Below are positions 1-12,896 of a stretch of 64,000 nt of DNA, piece after piece. The position numbers were made by a program, and so were the translations under genes. Positions within the stretch are counted from its first letter, which is position 1; every line of letters starts with the position of its first letter. The DNA is from Fimicolochytrium jonesii. Taxonomy: Eukaryota. The DNA is taken from assembly GCF_025526975.1 (NCBI RefSeq), contig NW_026515668.1, forward strand, positions 1,116,001-1,180,000, written 5' to 3'. Under the pieces are notes generated by a model. That model was not told where the DNA came from. It saw only the letters and a program-made list of their open reading frames with translations, and made no database searches.

Positions 1-3000
1 TGAAACAAGAAAGTATCAGCACTCATTCACTGACAACGTCTCTCGAGACAACTAACCTTGATCTGCAGCTTGGTAATGACCCATATGTCGGTCACCGGAA
101 GGTCAACAATCTCATTGTCGATCTTCTCCGCCGAAGGCACAGTGACACGGGTTACAGGCATGGGGGCATTCGCACTGGCCATCCCCTCCTTCGTCAAGTC
201 GTTCTGATCCGTCAAAATCAAGATACTGTACTTTTTATCTTCCCCGCCCGCACGGTCAGGCCCACTCCCAACAATCACGCCAACAGCGTTGCGGTGGAAT
301 TTGCTGTTAACGACCACGATCCTCCCCACCGCCAACGACTTGCCACCCATTGGGGTCTTCATGACCCGGTCCCGCAGGTCGAACTGCAACGTCGCAACTC
401 TGTATGACAGGTCGTAGTATGGGTATATATCGGCCGAACAGATAGGACACGACAGCTTGGTCAGCGTTGATAGGGTTTCTGCGTGCTCGGCATGCTGCTT
501 CTGCTGCTCAGGCAACAACTTCTGCGCAACATTCTCGGAAAAACTCCTCTTGATCATCTCTTCCACTTTCAAGGCTTCCACTCGGAGTAGGTTAAGGATC
601 ATCGTGTATGTAAGACGGAACTGGGACGCGAGCTTCGTGGGCTGGCCCAGAATCATTTGTTGCAGACCGAGGCTTTCAGGAACCTCGTCGTTGCACGCGA
701 TGATAACGATGCCCCGATCGTCCAGTCCACGACGGCCTGCTCGACCTGACATTTGCGTGTATTCCCCGGGCAGCAACTCGCGGAACGACCGTCCATCATG
801 TTTCCGCGTTGATGAAAAAACGACGCACCGAGCAGGGGCGTTGACACCCATCGCAAACGTCTCGGTTGCAAACAGGCAGCGGACGAGCCCACGCGTAAAT
901 AAAATCTCCACCATCTCTTTCACGATGGGCAGCAGTCCACCGTGATGCACGGCGATCCCGCGACTTAACAGATCCCGCATCCGCAAGATCTGCGGCAATT
1001 CCTTGTCGCTGCCTTTCAGCCGCCCGACACATTTCTCGATGAATACGTGCACTTCGCTTTTTTCGCCGGCGCCGGCTGTGAAATCTACGTTGGCGAGCCC
1101 GTTTGCGTACTCTTCGCATTTCTTTTTGGAGAAAGTGAAGACGATGACGGGGAGTAGCTGTTTTTTCTTGAGTAGTCCGAGGAGGTGGACGTACATGTTC
1201 CGATCCTGGTATGGAGGATGTCTCACTAAGAGGCCTGCCCACTAAACATGAGAAACATCTCGACTGAACAGCACACTTACAGTCTGTCCCATAGCCCTAG
1301 CATTAGGTCCGGCCCGACTCCCAGCCGACGTAAAGGTCTGCTGAGCCCCTCCACGCCCACCACCTCTTCCACCGCGACCACCACTTGCTTGACCGCCCCG
1401 CCCGCCGCCTCGTGCCGGAACACCGCCTGACCCCGGGCGTGGTGCTTCCTTCTTGGGTCCTGCAAGTGCTGATTGGGCAGCCTTCCACCTGCGGAGAAAC
1501 TGATGATCAGATACAGGAATCACAATGATTCCAAAAGGCAGATTCATCGTACCCCGTGGAAAGGAACTTTTTCTGCGAATCGACAACCTTGTAGAGCTCC
1601 TTGTCCGTTGTGGGGACGTACAGGTGATGCTCCAGGGGAACAGGACGTTTTGCTGTGGAGATGACATAGATGTTTTTCTTCTTTGTGCGTCTATGATCGG
1701 ACACATTAGCATACAGCGCCTCATGATGAAGAAAATATGATGAAAGGAAGGCCGACATACCCGACCCAGTCTGCAAATTCTCGGGTATTGGGCACAGTCG
1801 CGGACAATAGAATCAGGTTGACGTGCGCAGGCAGCATAATGATAACTTCCTCCCATACAACTCCTCTCTATGAAACAAATCACTCGTTATCATCTGCCCC
1901 CCATGAAACCTGTGCTCAACCACACCCCTCTTACCTCAATATCATTCACATAATGCACTTCATCAAAAATCACAAACTCCACATCTCGGATAAGGTCGGC
2001 GCCACGATACAGCATACTCCGGAGAATCTCGGTGGTCATGACCAGGCAGCTTGCTTCGGGCTTGATCTGGACGTCTCCTGTTAGGATTCCGACGTCATCG
2101 AATGTTGTGCGGAAGTCGCGAAACTTTTGGTTGCTGAGTGCTTTGATGGGGGATGTGTAGATGGCTCTGAGACCCCGGAGAACGTTGGTTGATGTTGGCT
2201 TTTGCATTTATTGTTGGTCGGGGCATTGCAACGCGGCTCCTTACCTCGTCATATGCTTCTGGGCCAATGCTATGGCGTACTCGGCGACGACGGTTTTCCC
2301 CGCGGACGTGTGTGCCGCTATGAACACGGAATCTCCATTTTCCAAGTGGTAGACGGCTTGCTTCTGGAAGACATCCAGCTCGAAAGGAAACTATGAAGAC
2401 CGGCGTTAGACCTTATAACCATATGGACATGAGTCGGGTTGAGCCCCACCTGATGCGCCAACTCTGGCACCAGATCGTAGAACTCTGGGAATCCTTGTTC
2501 AACATCGACGACTTGCGCCCAGTCGACTTTCCGCGGTGCGTCGACTTTCGCCGACGATGTGAATGGCATGTCGGGCTGTGGCAACACATTGCTGAATATA
2601 ATCCGTTGAATGAAGCTGGTGCAATATATTCGAAAGTACCTTCGATGGAAGAAGCGAGTCGATTTCCTGAGTTCCCTCGCTAGTGTCCGACTCTGGTTCG
2701 GGGGCACTTTCGGCTTTGGCCTGTAACGAGAGACCACTACTGTCAGAGACCAGCAATGGACAAATGCTAGGCTTCCAGCATACTTTGTCATCAGCTTCAG
2801 CGGCGGCTTCCTCTTCTTTTAACAGTTCGAAAGCTAGATCATCCCCGCCGGTAAGGATATCTGCAATGTCGATAGTGTTGTTTGCCGAGACCGTAGGTAT
2901 GGTTGCATTATCTGAAAAAGCGGTTGGTGTCAATCTACGTTCCCTTCTGCCGTCTGTAATGCTGATACATCGTTATCGTCCGCCCACCATCAAACACCAT

Positions 3001-4409
3001 TCCCTGAACAAATCCAGGTGGCGTCGTCAATAGATCATCTAATGTCAATGGCACCATTAGCGATGTCCGGTGACAGGCTACAATGAGTGTAAATCGTTAC
3101 CATCGTCGAACTTCAACAGCTCTGCCAACTCTCTCTCGAGATCATCCATGGGGGTTCGATCGACGAGAGCCACTGCTTCCAAACCACCTAGTGGATGATG
3201 GAGGTGCGGGAGTCAGATATCTGTTCGACAAATCATTAGACAAAGATACGACCTGGTGCGAAGGGCAGGTTTGTACTGCGGCCGCGAACGAAATCGGCCA
3301 TCGCGGTCGGGTTACGAAGCATCGACGTTGAATTGTTGGCATTGAGGTTGAGATCAGACAATACAACCTTATATTGGTGACAAGTTGAAAGAAAGGACAT
3401 CAGACATGATTCTATTCTGTATACGTGCATTCGGGAATGTCACAATTCGTCGGAGATTCAACATATGAAGGACAGCGTTCGTGGAGGAACAGTGTCAACC
3501 CATCAACCATCACCCATCAACCATCGAATGCTAACCATCAACCACCCAGCAACTTAAAATACTCGTGAGTGACCGGGAATCTGGCGCCTTTGGCGCAATG
3601 TGGTGCGCGCTTCGCCGCAAAAGATCTGGCGCTCGCTGAGGCTCGCTAAGAGCCGTGGTTTGGTGAGAATTGCGCCTTTGGCGCAATGTGGCTCCCTCCG
3701 CTCGCAAACCAGAAGGCGTTCGCTCTGGACGACCTGGCGGTCTCCCAGACCGAACCACTGCCACGCCGCCAATCTACAGATTCTACACACTTTCCATCCC
3801 GAAAGAACGCCTCTATCTACCATTTGCGCGCAAAGTGCCAATGTTAGCTTACCTCCTCCCAGTCCCAGAAGTTGAGCTCTCCAGAAAGCACGTCTCGCTT
3901 TATCTTGAGCTGCGTTCCCGCTTTCGATGACTCCATCACAAACAGCTCATCCCAGTTTGGCTCACGGTCAATGATGCGTTGAGCTTTCACGAGCATATCT
4001 TCGCTGAAGTGAGGTTTGGGCAGAACATATCGCTCTTCCAGCTCCGCTCGTATTTCGTCCGTGGTGGGGGTTTCAAAGGGACCTAGCCCTAGAGGCAACT
4101 ATTCTCCATCCACTTGAGTTCCACACCGCATTCCAACTTGTCCTCTCAAAGTGACGGCTGCTTCCTTACAGTTGTGAAGTCCCGGATCGGAGATGTATGA
4201 TCTGCGTCGGACCGAAGGGCAACGTCTCCAGCTCGCCCGAGCTCCAGGAAGTCAAAAAACACATTGGACTCGGTAGAGACGGCTGTGGGTTGAGCCGTCG
4301 TCTCAGCAAACCTGCATATAGCATCAGCGAGTGAGGGGACTTACTTACGTGGGCCAGGAGGAAGGCCCTCCAGTTCGACGAAAAAGTCGGTCTTGCCTTG
4401 AGCCGTCAT
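1..4409 (-). CDS. SKI2: Ski2-like DEVH-box RNA helicase (cytoplasmic exosome cofactor); multi-exon, 3' part continues beyond the left edge
   Basis: Spliced exons give [70 protein letters not shown] and [13 protein letters not shown] Ski2-type N-terminal stretch ([14 protein letters not shown]) and an RG-rich insert are present. The ATG at 4409 is inferred, and the last visible exon ends at a GT donor near 57. Confidence 0.93.
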
Positions 4410-4740
4410 TCTATAGAATTTGGTTAGTAGCAATTGAAAGGCAAGGCTCCGTGACCTTGGGCGCGGACTTGCAGCCTGCGAAGGTTCAATGACCTAGTGC
4501 GGGTGAGCGTGAAAGTCCAAGGGGAAGCGCTCGACTCGTCAAATAGCAGCGCGTTTGGATGGAACGATGTTGACTCGGAAGCATCGCAATCATCGTTCTG
4601 CAGTTGGAAGAGCTTGGCCGGTAACCAAGTATGTACTGTATTTCGCACAAAATAATATACAGAAGGGAAAAAAACGAACAGCGTTCTCCTCCCACACACT
4701 CGTCCACAACCTCCCACTCCTCCCACCCCTCCCACGTTCC

Positions 4741-6058
4741 TCACTTCCTCAAAGGCCTCAAAATAGCCAAAGCCTTCTCCAAATTCTCAATCGCCGATGC
4801 CACATCATCATACTGCAACGCGCTAATCGCAAATTTCGAGTGCTTTTGCGCCGATTGCACCGCTTTATAGTTGATTTCGTAGGCTTGTTGGGCTGTTTTT
4901 GCTGAGGTCGACGACGGTGGTATGGAGGTTTGGGCGGTTTTCTTTGGGGATGAGGGGGGAGGGTTGTAGGGTTGTTGTGATGGCGGTGGGGCGTCGGGGT
5001 ATTGCGGGTACGATGGACCGGATTGGGATTGCGGGGGTGGGTACGAATTTGGTTCGAAATGCGAAGACGGTGCCGACGGAGGGGCAAAATTGTCGCGGGG
5101 GATGGTGTTTGGGTCGTAGGAAGGATCGTACGGGGATCCAAAGTCTGGATGGGGGAGGGAGCCAGCTGGTTCGCCATTACCGCCGGGCGGAGCGGATTCG
5201 GATTCGTCCGGCGGCAGCTCTTCCCCTGGTAGGCCTGGTGTCGGTGTCCGGCCCTCTCGCAAGGCTTTTATGATGTCGGCGGCTTTGAACTTCGAGTATC
5301 GGATCTTATCCGCAATCTGTGAGTGTAGTAAGAGAAGAATTAGGACCACTATTCAGATGCTCAGTTCGTATGACGACTTTCTTCCCACACACCTCGGCAT
5401 CAATCTCGCCAAACACCCTCAACAAATCCAAGAATATCGACGCAGCGAGGAACACTTTTGCTGTTTTTCTAACAACCACAAAGAAAAGAGGATGATTAAC
5501 TCTCCGCCCAATCTCAGAATTCCCCTCCCACTAAAACTTCTAACGAGCAAACTCACTTCGAAGCCCTCCCCTGCCGATCCTCCGCATCAGCATTCAAGAA
5601 AATCTTCAACGCAAAGTTCTCGAGGTGCGCGTATCCCACCACATCGTTTGTGATGGCCTCGTTTCCTGCTAGGTTCTTCTTGTCCTGGAAAGCGAGTCGA
5701 TGGACGATCAGGAGAGTTCTCGGCAGTGAGAAGAAGAACTGAGAGAAACTTGAGCTCCTTTTTTTCAGCGCTCTAACCTGCTCCACTTCCTCCAGCATCT
5801 GCCCCAGGTATCCCTGAGCCTCCTTCGAATGCCCTCCTTTACTGATTGCGAGCTTCAGCGCGTAGAACTTGCCTGGGAAACGGAAAAGAACAAGCATACA
5901 TGAGCCGAACAGCTTGTAGAACACATCAATGGGGCCGGCTTAGGCAAGGGGAGATACTCACAGTAGTAAGCGACAACGGGCTCTTTTGCCTGCAGCTCGT
6001 GGGCCCGCTGCAGGTAGGGGGTCATGTACTTCAAGTCCTCTGGTGGTGATCCTGACAT
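4741..6058 (-). CDS. VTA1: Vacuolar protein sorting-associated protein Vta1 (MIT domains, Pro-rich linker, VSL domain); multi-exon
   Basis: MSGSPPEDLKYMTPYLQRAHEL...PVVAYYC, YAHLENFALKIFLNADAEDRQG, KIRYSKFKAADI and C-terminal AQKHSKFAISALQYDDVASAIENLEKAL. Confidence 0.92.
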
Positions 6059-6429
6059 CTTGTCTTTAATGGTGTTGGAGACTGGGTAGGTGTCCTCTTT
6101 TCCTGCCTGCCTGGACGGCTATGAGTGCTGGAGGCGGTAAGGTGAGGTCTGTTATTGAGATGTGTGGTGAATTCTCTGCCCACAACTCAACTAAAGACAA
6201 ACTGTTGCTCCTGTTGCCTGCTTACCGTCGGTTGGTCTCTGGGTTGGTCTTGCGCCTTCGCGAAGTGCTTCATTTTCACAAGTCAGGAGCTTAAGCAAGC
6301 GGCCCAACCACGACTGGAGACCCATCCTTCTCCCTGCAACTGAAGTCAAAACCTCGGTCTTTACCCGGGAGTCAGTCTCCTCGAATATACGACCAGGTCC
6401 TGTTGAGTGACGCCTTCGTATAAACTGCG

Positions 6430-9400
6430 ATGGAGGCCGCCGGGGAGCCTTGCAAGGCTTCCAGAACCATTGGCATCTTCATACAGTTTGCACACTTCGC
6501 CAATATCGATGTCTATCAACGGGGGTATGTACAACGCCTTCAACCTGTTTACGAAGGAACACAGTTTGTACTGTAAGGCTCAACTTCTCTAAAAGTCTCT
6601 ACCAACTGCAGGTCAGACTATATGCCCCCGTGGCGGTGGACCGGCTCTTGGGAAAACGAGTGAAAAGGACAGACGGCAAACCTGTTAAGACGATACCATC
6701 GTATGACCATCTCCAGGCGAAGCCGGCCCCGCTGTTTGTTGCTGGTATGGGCATTGACTATGTGACCTCTGTTTGGCAAACATGCTCCACCTCAGACCAC
6801 TTTCCCACGCGTAGAGACTGCCCACGAGCTTCGTTACAACTGCTTCCCAAGCTATACAACGAAACGAACAGCATGCCCAATACATCTACGAAAGGCATGT
6901 CCGTGGCAATGCCGCCCCGAATCATCTACCACGACACCAAACGTCTGGATCAGCAAAAGCTTCTTCATCTCTCGAGCGAACGAGCAAGTGACCCTCCATC
7001 AGGGCGTGGTGTTCGAGCTCACGATCGACGAGCACGACCCTATGCTGACAGATCGAACGGGAACTACAGACGCATTCCTCGATGTTGAGCTTTGGCACTG
7101 TGAACATGAGAGGTGGGTACGAAGGGCCGCGCCATCCGTAACAGGCGAGTCCTGACGCGTTCTCATGCATTGCTGTTGGTAGTCGCGATGGCAGGCTGCT
7201 CACTGTGCGCACCTGATACACAGGATGATCAACCCTGAGGACTTCGAGTTTCGTCAACTTCGCCGATTTCGTTTGTGGGAGGTTTTGGGGAACTCGCTGC
7301 ACATCCCAACCTCACATCGCGGGCAGTTTCAGTGTGTGACGTACACGGGCATATTCTATGCGAATGTGGCCATGCTGGTCTCGACCGTTGATCTGGGATA
7401 TCGGATACCATCTAGTTCGGCGAGTCAACAAGTGTCCAAAACTGACGATACTTACGTGGATCGGTTGTGGACTGCCCTCTCCTATTGGGCGAAAGCGCCT
7501 TCACCTTCAGGCAGTTATGCACACACTTCCGACGGATCCGCAGCACAAAACGACCTTTTTCACACGACTGTGCTTGCAATCACCATCCAAAAAGCTGTAG
7601 AGTCTCAAATGACCTACGCCGAGTCTGTCGACAGCCCTGGGGAAGGAACCATCGCAAAAGGAAGGCTTCACACGGGAAGTCTGCTAGGAAGTTTACATTA
7701 TGCACTGGCATTAACGTGGAATGCCAGGAGTTCATGGGACAACGTCACCGTGTGGACACCAGAACACTCACAACGCTTGGCTGAAGAGTGGATTGCCTGC
7801 ATTCATGTTAGTCCGGAAGTCTCAATTCCTTGGGCAGCCACCCATATTGCATGCGTATGCTCTACTTATCGTTGGCGTTGCTGCAGCATGGATACCGGGG
7901 GAGCCCAAAGAAGGCACTGCGCAAGCTGTTGAACCACTTATCTGATCAGGTAAGGACGTAGGCGTTGATTCTTAAGCGCCTCCGCTGTACTGAAAAAGAC
8001 GATCCTTAGTGCAAGCACGCTTGGGATACATATATCAGCGGCAACCCGATGGTGGTGATGGATCGCATCGTCCGAAAGAGAAAGGCGTGGGCTATCAGAA
8101 CCTGCGCCATGTTCCGTCGACACGTGTTAGCCGCCACGGCTGTCGGAGATTATGCCCAAGTGAAGCTCTAGTGAGTACTCGGGATCCTCCACACACGTTA
8201 CGTTGCAGACTGACCGAAAGCGCAACCTTCCAGCATCGAACAAGTTCTCTCCGAGTACCGCTCCCAAGGAGGCCTCTTCATCTCAGACGAGAAAGCCAAA
8301 CCCATACCCCTCCTCATCGACCAAACCGGCATCGGCGACCTCACCCGCCCGGGCTCCCCAACCTCCCTCATCGAGCCCCGCCGCTCACCCAGCATCTCCA
8401 CCGACTACTTCCGCATGCGCGGCTCCCCAACCCCGGACGAAAACGCCAGCGTTCGCGGCCTAATGTCCCCGCGCAGCGTCCGATCCGAACGCACGCTGAT
8501 GTTTGCGGAAGCTGAGGAGCTAGCGGATTACAGAGCCGCGCAGGATGGGAAGCATTTGGTGGTGTTTGTGCATGGCCTGCTGGGATCTGCGTATGATTTT
8601 CGGCAGTATCGGAATAAGGTTATCAATGCGAGATTGAATATGGGGATACCGGCCGATGAGATTATGTTTTTGAATAGTGATTCGAATGAGGAGGATACTT
8701 TTGATGATATTTCTATGCTGGCGGTCAGTTTACACGACGGGATTTGGGAACACTGTGAGTTCATACTGAAACCGACTGCGATTTTAGGATAATCTTGTCA
8801 AGGAGATAATGGATTTCGTCGAATCCAATCTATTCCGAGTCGGACGATTGAGGTAGCGTATCATTCGACCGTAGAATCCGCCCAGTGCCTTCATCTAGCG
8901 CCATATGGCAAAGTTCTAACCAATTCACGTGCAGCTTTGTATGTCACTCACTCGGTGGCCTCATCGCCCGATGCGCAGTTGAGAAGCCCGCTATGGCGGT
9001 ATTTCGGGACAAACTGGATACCTTTACTACTTTCGGTACACCGCATCAGGGGATCGACGCCGTCGACAACAAGGTGTTAGGCTTTGGTAGGGGTCTTCTC
9101 CGCTCCGCCTTGAAAAAGGATGTGCGTACAAGCACTAAACCGTGGATTTATTTTGAACAGTGGCAAACGCCTACCGGTACCTCGACCGCTCCCCCGCCCT
9201 TGACCAACTCCTCCTCCGCGACGCCGACGACAAACGCCAATGCCTCCTCTACAAACTCGCCACCGAGTCCACAGCCTTGCAACAATTCCGCACCGTCCGT
9301 CTCTTTGGCGGCGCGCAAGACGGGTACGCGGGGCTCGCGAGCGCGCTTATGGTTGAACGGCCACGAAGCAATGGGGGGCTGGATAACTCGAGAAGCAGTG

Positions 9401-9825
9401 TGGTGAATGAGTTGTCACAAGCGGGGGATCAGGGGTGGTTGTGGACGCGGTGTGCGCCGATTTGTGTTGCGTTGCCGTGTGTGCCGTTAGGGAGTGGACA
9501 GCACCTCTCACCGGTTCTGTCGCCGCTTACGTCACCGCTTTCACCGGCGCCTGCCCCTTTCGGGTCATTCTCATCTTCCACCACCCACGGGGATACGCAA
9601 CAACAAGACTCGCCACTGCAAAGCAATGAGATCGCCTGTGCAGAGATGCTGGTGGGCCTGACGCGCGCGCTGGCAGCGACGCAGGCGGAGCGGTATGTGG
9701 CGTGGTTCCCGGCGCTTGCGAATCGGAGGGATTTGCTGGGCAGGTTGGCGCATGTGGCTTTTTTGGAGGATCCGATGTTTTTGGAGGTGGCGGCTGTTTT
9801 GGCGAATTTCCATTTGGCTGGGTGA
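6430..9825 (+). CDS. FAM135-like protein with a C-terminal DUF676 alpha/beta-hydrolase (lipase-like) domain; multi-exon
   Basis: Exons 1-2 read GIFIQFAHFANIDVYQRG|LYQLQVRL, resembling the FAM135 N-terminus. C-terminal exons give HLVVFVHGLLGSAYDFRQYR, SFVCHSLGGLIAR, TFTTFGTPHQG and LGRLAHVAFLE. Confidence 0.8.
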
Positions 9826-10067
9826 TTTCATTAGGGCTGAATCGGAGCCGAGTGTGCGTACATAGTTTTCTGCTGTTTCCGAGATGTGATGGTCGCGAAT
9901 TGCTTCATAGCTTTGTACATATTGACCATATCAATGCATTTTCTAAATAAGCCGAGGCTCTATGTGGAGGTTCAAACGTTATCGTACACAACACCTAGGT
10001 GATCTACTTGCTGCCGTCTTCAGCCACTAATATGCACCACCTTTCACTGTACCCTCCAAGACATCAC

Positions 10068-10981
10068 CTACGCCAAAACCCTAATGGCCAAAACCTCGAC
10101 GCTGAACCCCCCCTTCTCCTGAGTCCCAAAGAAACTCTGACACATCAGACTCCACCCCGTAACCTGATGCCTGGTCACATCCAGCGGCGGCAGTCCCTCG
10201 ACCTCCCTGCCCCTATAATTCGGCTTGAACGCCTCCCACGGCGCGAACGTCGTTTGCACATCTGTCGAGTGGGTGGGTGTGAACGAGTATTTGTAGTTTA
10301 TCCGTGATGTGGGCGGGGTGGAGGGGGAGCGGTTGGCCGGTTGGGAGGTTAGGATTAGACGATCACTCCGTGATGGTAGTGGTGGTGGTGGTGGTGGGAT
10401 AACCTCGTCCGTGTAGATATTCAATGAATAGGTGCGGTTATCGCCCTTCACAGCCGCGGTAGATATTTCGAGGCCGCGTGGGTAAGCGGACACATCCCAG
10501 GTTAGGTCAGACGAGTGCAAGGTCTGTTGTGAGGCAAATCCTGCGTTTCCTAGTGTTCCGACATCGAGAATGCCTGAGAAGAGGACGCCGGCGGACGGTG
10601 TTTTGGGGTTGAGGTAGGTTAGGTGGCTTTGGGACTTGCCGCCCCGGACTCTGCCAAGATAGTGTTGAGTCAGTCGGTGGGTGAGACGAGAGTCGTCCAT
10701 GCGTGCGGAAAGATACGTACCGATCGTCGACGGCCTCCCAGAGGGATGTGTTCCAGCCTGCATCTCCGCCGAATATGTGACGAGATGGCTTGCTGTAGGT
10801 GTATCCAGCTCCTGTGCCCTAATGGTGGACAAATGCATTTTTCAAAGATCAGTCAGCGGACGCGTATGGACATTGGAGTGCAAGCAAAGATACATACAGT
10901 AGCTAGCCCGCTGCCGCCCCTGATGCTGAGGGCGGCGACGTCCTTGACGAAGTGGAACAGCACGAGGAACAGCGTGAACAT
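10068..10981 (-). CDS. CIA30 / NDUFAF1-like domain protein; three exons inferred
   Basis: Spliced reading FGGDAGWNTSLWEAVDDR|VRGGKSQSHL, then FSGILDVGTLGNAGFASQ, KGDNRTYSLNI, FAPWEAFKPNYRGREV and SLMCQSFFGTQEKGGFSV, typical of fungal CIA30-domain proteins. The start at 10981 is inferred. Confidence 0.78.
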
Positions 10982-11375
10982 TTGCGTTGACAGTGGGGCT
11001 TTTGGGGAGTCTCTTTCGCAGACACTGGAGGAGGAAGAGGACGAGGGAGAGCGAGAGGACGCGTGTGTTGCTAACCGGGTAGTCACAGCGTTAAATACCC
11101 GCGTGTTAACTAACAACCACGGGCGGGCGGCTTCCCCCTCGCAGTCTGAATCTGTCTGAATGAGAGCCGTTTGAGGAAACTCTCCCGCTTTGTGATTGCG
11201 CGAACTTTCTCAGACTGCCCCTCCTCTCTCTCTATCTCTCGGCTCAAACCCCCTCCCTCCCCCATTTCCAATCCACAACCACCCTCGCTCTCCAGCTCAG
11301 CACTGTCCCCGAACAACACCCAACACCCAGCTACAACCACCCACCCACCCACCCACAACCCACCCACTCGCAAAT

Positions 11376-12284
11376 ATGGTCAAGCTCACTTCTAGCGACG
11401 GTCAGGACTTTGCTGTGCCCAAGGAGGTCGCGTGCCAATCCGTCCTCATCAAAAACATGCTCGAGGACGTGGGTGAGGCCGACGACCAGCCTATCCCGCT
11501 CCCAAACGTGTCTGGGCCCATTCTTCAGAAAGGTTTGTGTTTTGTGTGAGCGAGAGCGGCGAACGAATTGAGCATAGCGCCGGGCGGGAGTCCAAGCGTC
11601 AGTGAGGGTGGGATGCGAGCGAAGCGAGGTGCCGGGATGCCTTGAGGCAGGCGAGCCTTGGTGCGGTCTGAATGACTGAGCGTTAGCGCGCAATACTCCC
11701 TTCACCGCTAAGCGGACGCAATTGCATGGCACAGTTTTCGCGTGGGAAACTTGCAGCTGAAACCGAACCCCAACCCAATCTCACATCCCTCCACACACAC
11801 ACAGTAATCGAATACGCCACACATCACAAGGACGACCCTCCTGCACCTCCGGAAGAAGAGGCCAAACCCAAGTCTTCCGACGATATTGGTGAATGGGATA
11901 GGGAGTTTACAAACGTCGACCAGGGCACCTTGTTTGAGTTGATCCTCGCTGCCAACTACCTCGACATGAAAGGCCTGCTTGACTTGGGATGTAAGACCGT
12001 CGCGAATATGATCAAGGGAAAGTCTGTAGAGGAAATCAGGAAAGTGAGTTCTCGGGAGAAATATGTATTTGTCTTACTTCTATTCTGCTGTCCGAAAGAG
12101 CTCACTGTCGAATCTTCCTTTTCCTCAGACCTTCAACATCCAGAACGACTTTACACCCGAGGAGGAGGAGCAAATCCGCAAGGTAACGTTCGCTGTGAAT
12201 TACGCTGCTTACTCATCGTCGAACTCATCATTTATCCCTTGGTTCTTACCCTGACAGGAGAACGAGTGGTGCGAGGATCGCTAG
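11376..12284 (+). CDS. SKP1: SCF ubiquitin ligase subunit Skp1; four exons (about 11376-11532, 11804-12043, 12130-12182, 12258-12284)
   Basis: [12 protein letters not shown]...[21 protein letters not shown]...[31 protein letters not shown]...|[26 protein letters not shown]. Confidence 0.97.
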
Positions 12285-12896
12285 GTTCTCCCCCGAAATC
12301 GCCCACTCTTGCCGCATCTGTACAGTCCGAGAAATCAAAAGAAATGAAAATTCCCTTGTTGTCCTTCATATCCCCTTTCGGGAGTGAACGATCCTGAAAG
12401 GGGACGTTTCCCCGCCTTGCTTCGAACTTTGTGTTGTCCTCCCATTCCTTGAACTTTCGGCGCTGGTCTGCAGGAAGTGCGGGAGAGGTTATCTTGTTGT
12501 TGCTGTTTTATCTTTGGCCCTCGCCCCGTTACCGGAATGGAACGGAGTAGGGCTGGAAATATATATATCATGCGATTCTCTTCCTTCTCACTATGGAGCA
12601 AAGTGCTGAATATCCTTGGCCCACGGCCCAGTCTACACTCAATCCATAAAAGCATGAAACCCCGCACATGCGAGTCAGTCCAGTTCCACAACTTCGTACA
12701 GGTATCAGTGTTCCTCATTACACAAAGCTGAATAAAAAAGTGTATGGTTTCTACTACATCAAGTAACAGTTCCGGTCATGATGTCTTGCGGCGAGTGGCA
12801 GAGATGACAGAATAAACTACGCTTTTCCCCCTGCTTGCACTCCCGTCGGAAAAATCCCGTCCCAAAATACCCTATGCTTGTTCCGTCGTCTTGTTC

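Noticed and set aside
1..12284. Apparent frameshifts and stops in SKI2, VTA1, FAM135-like and SKP1
   Set aside because: Those examined are explained by canonical GT-AG introns, so there is no evidence of pseudogenes or recoding.
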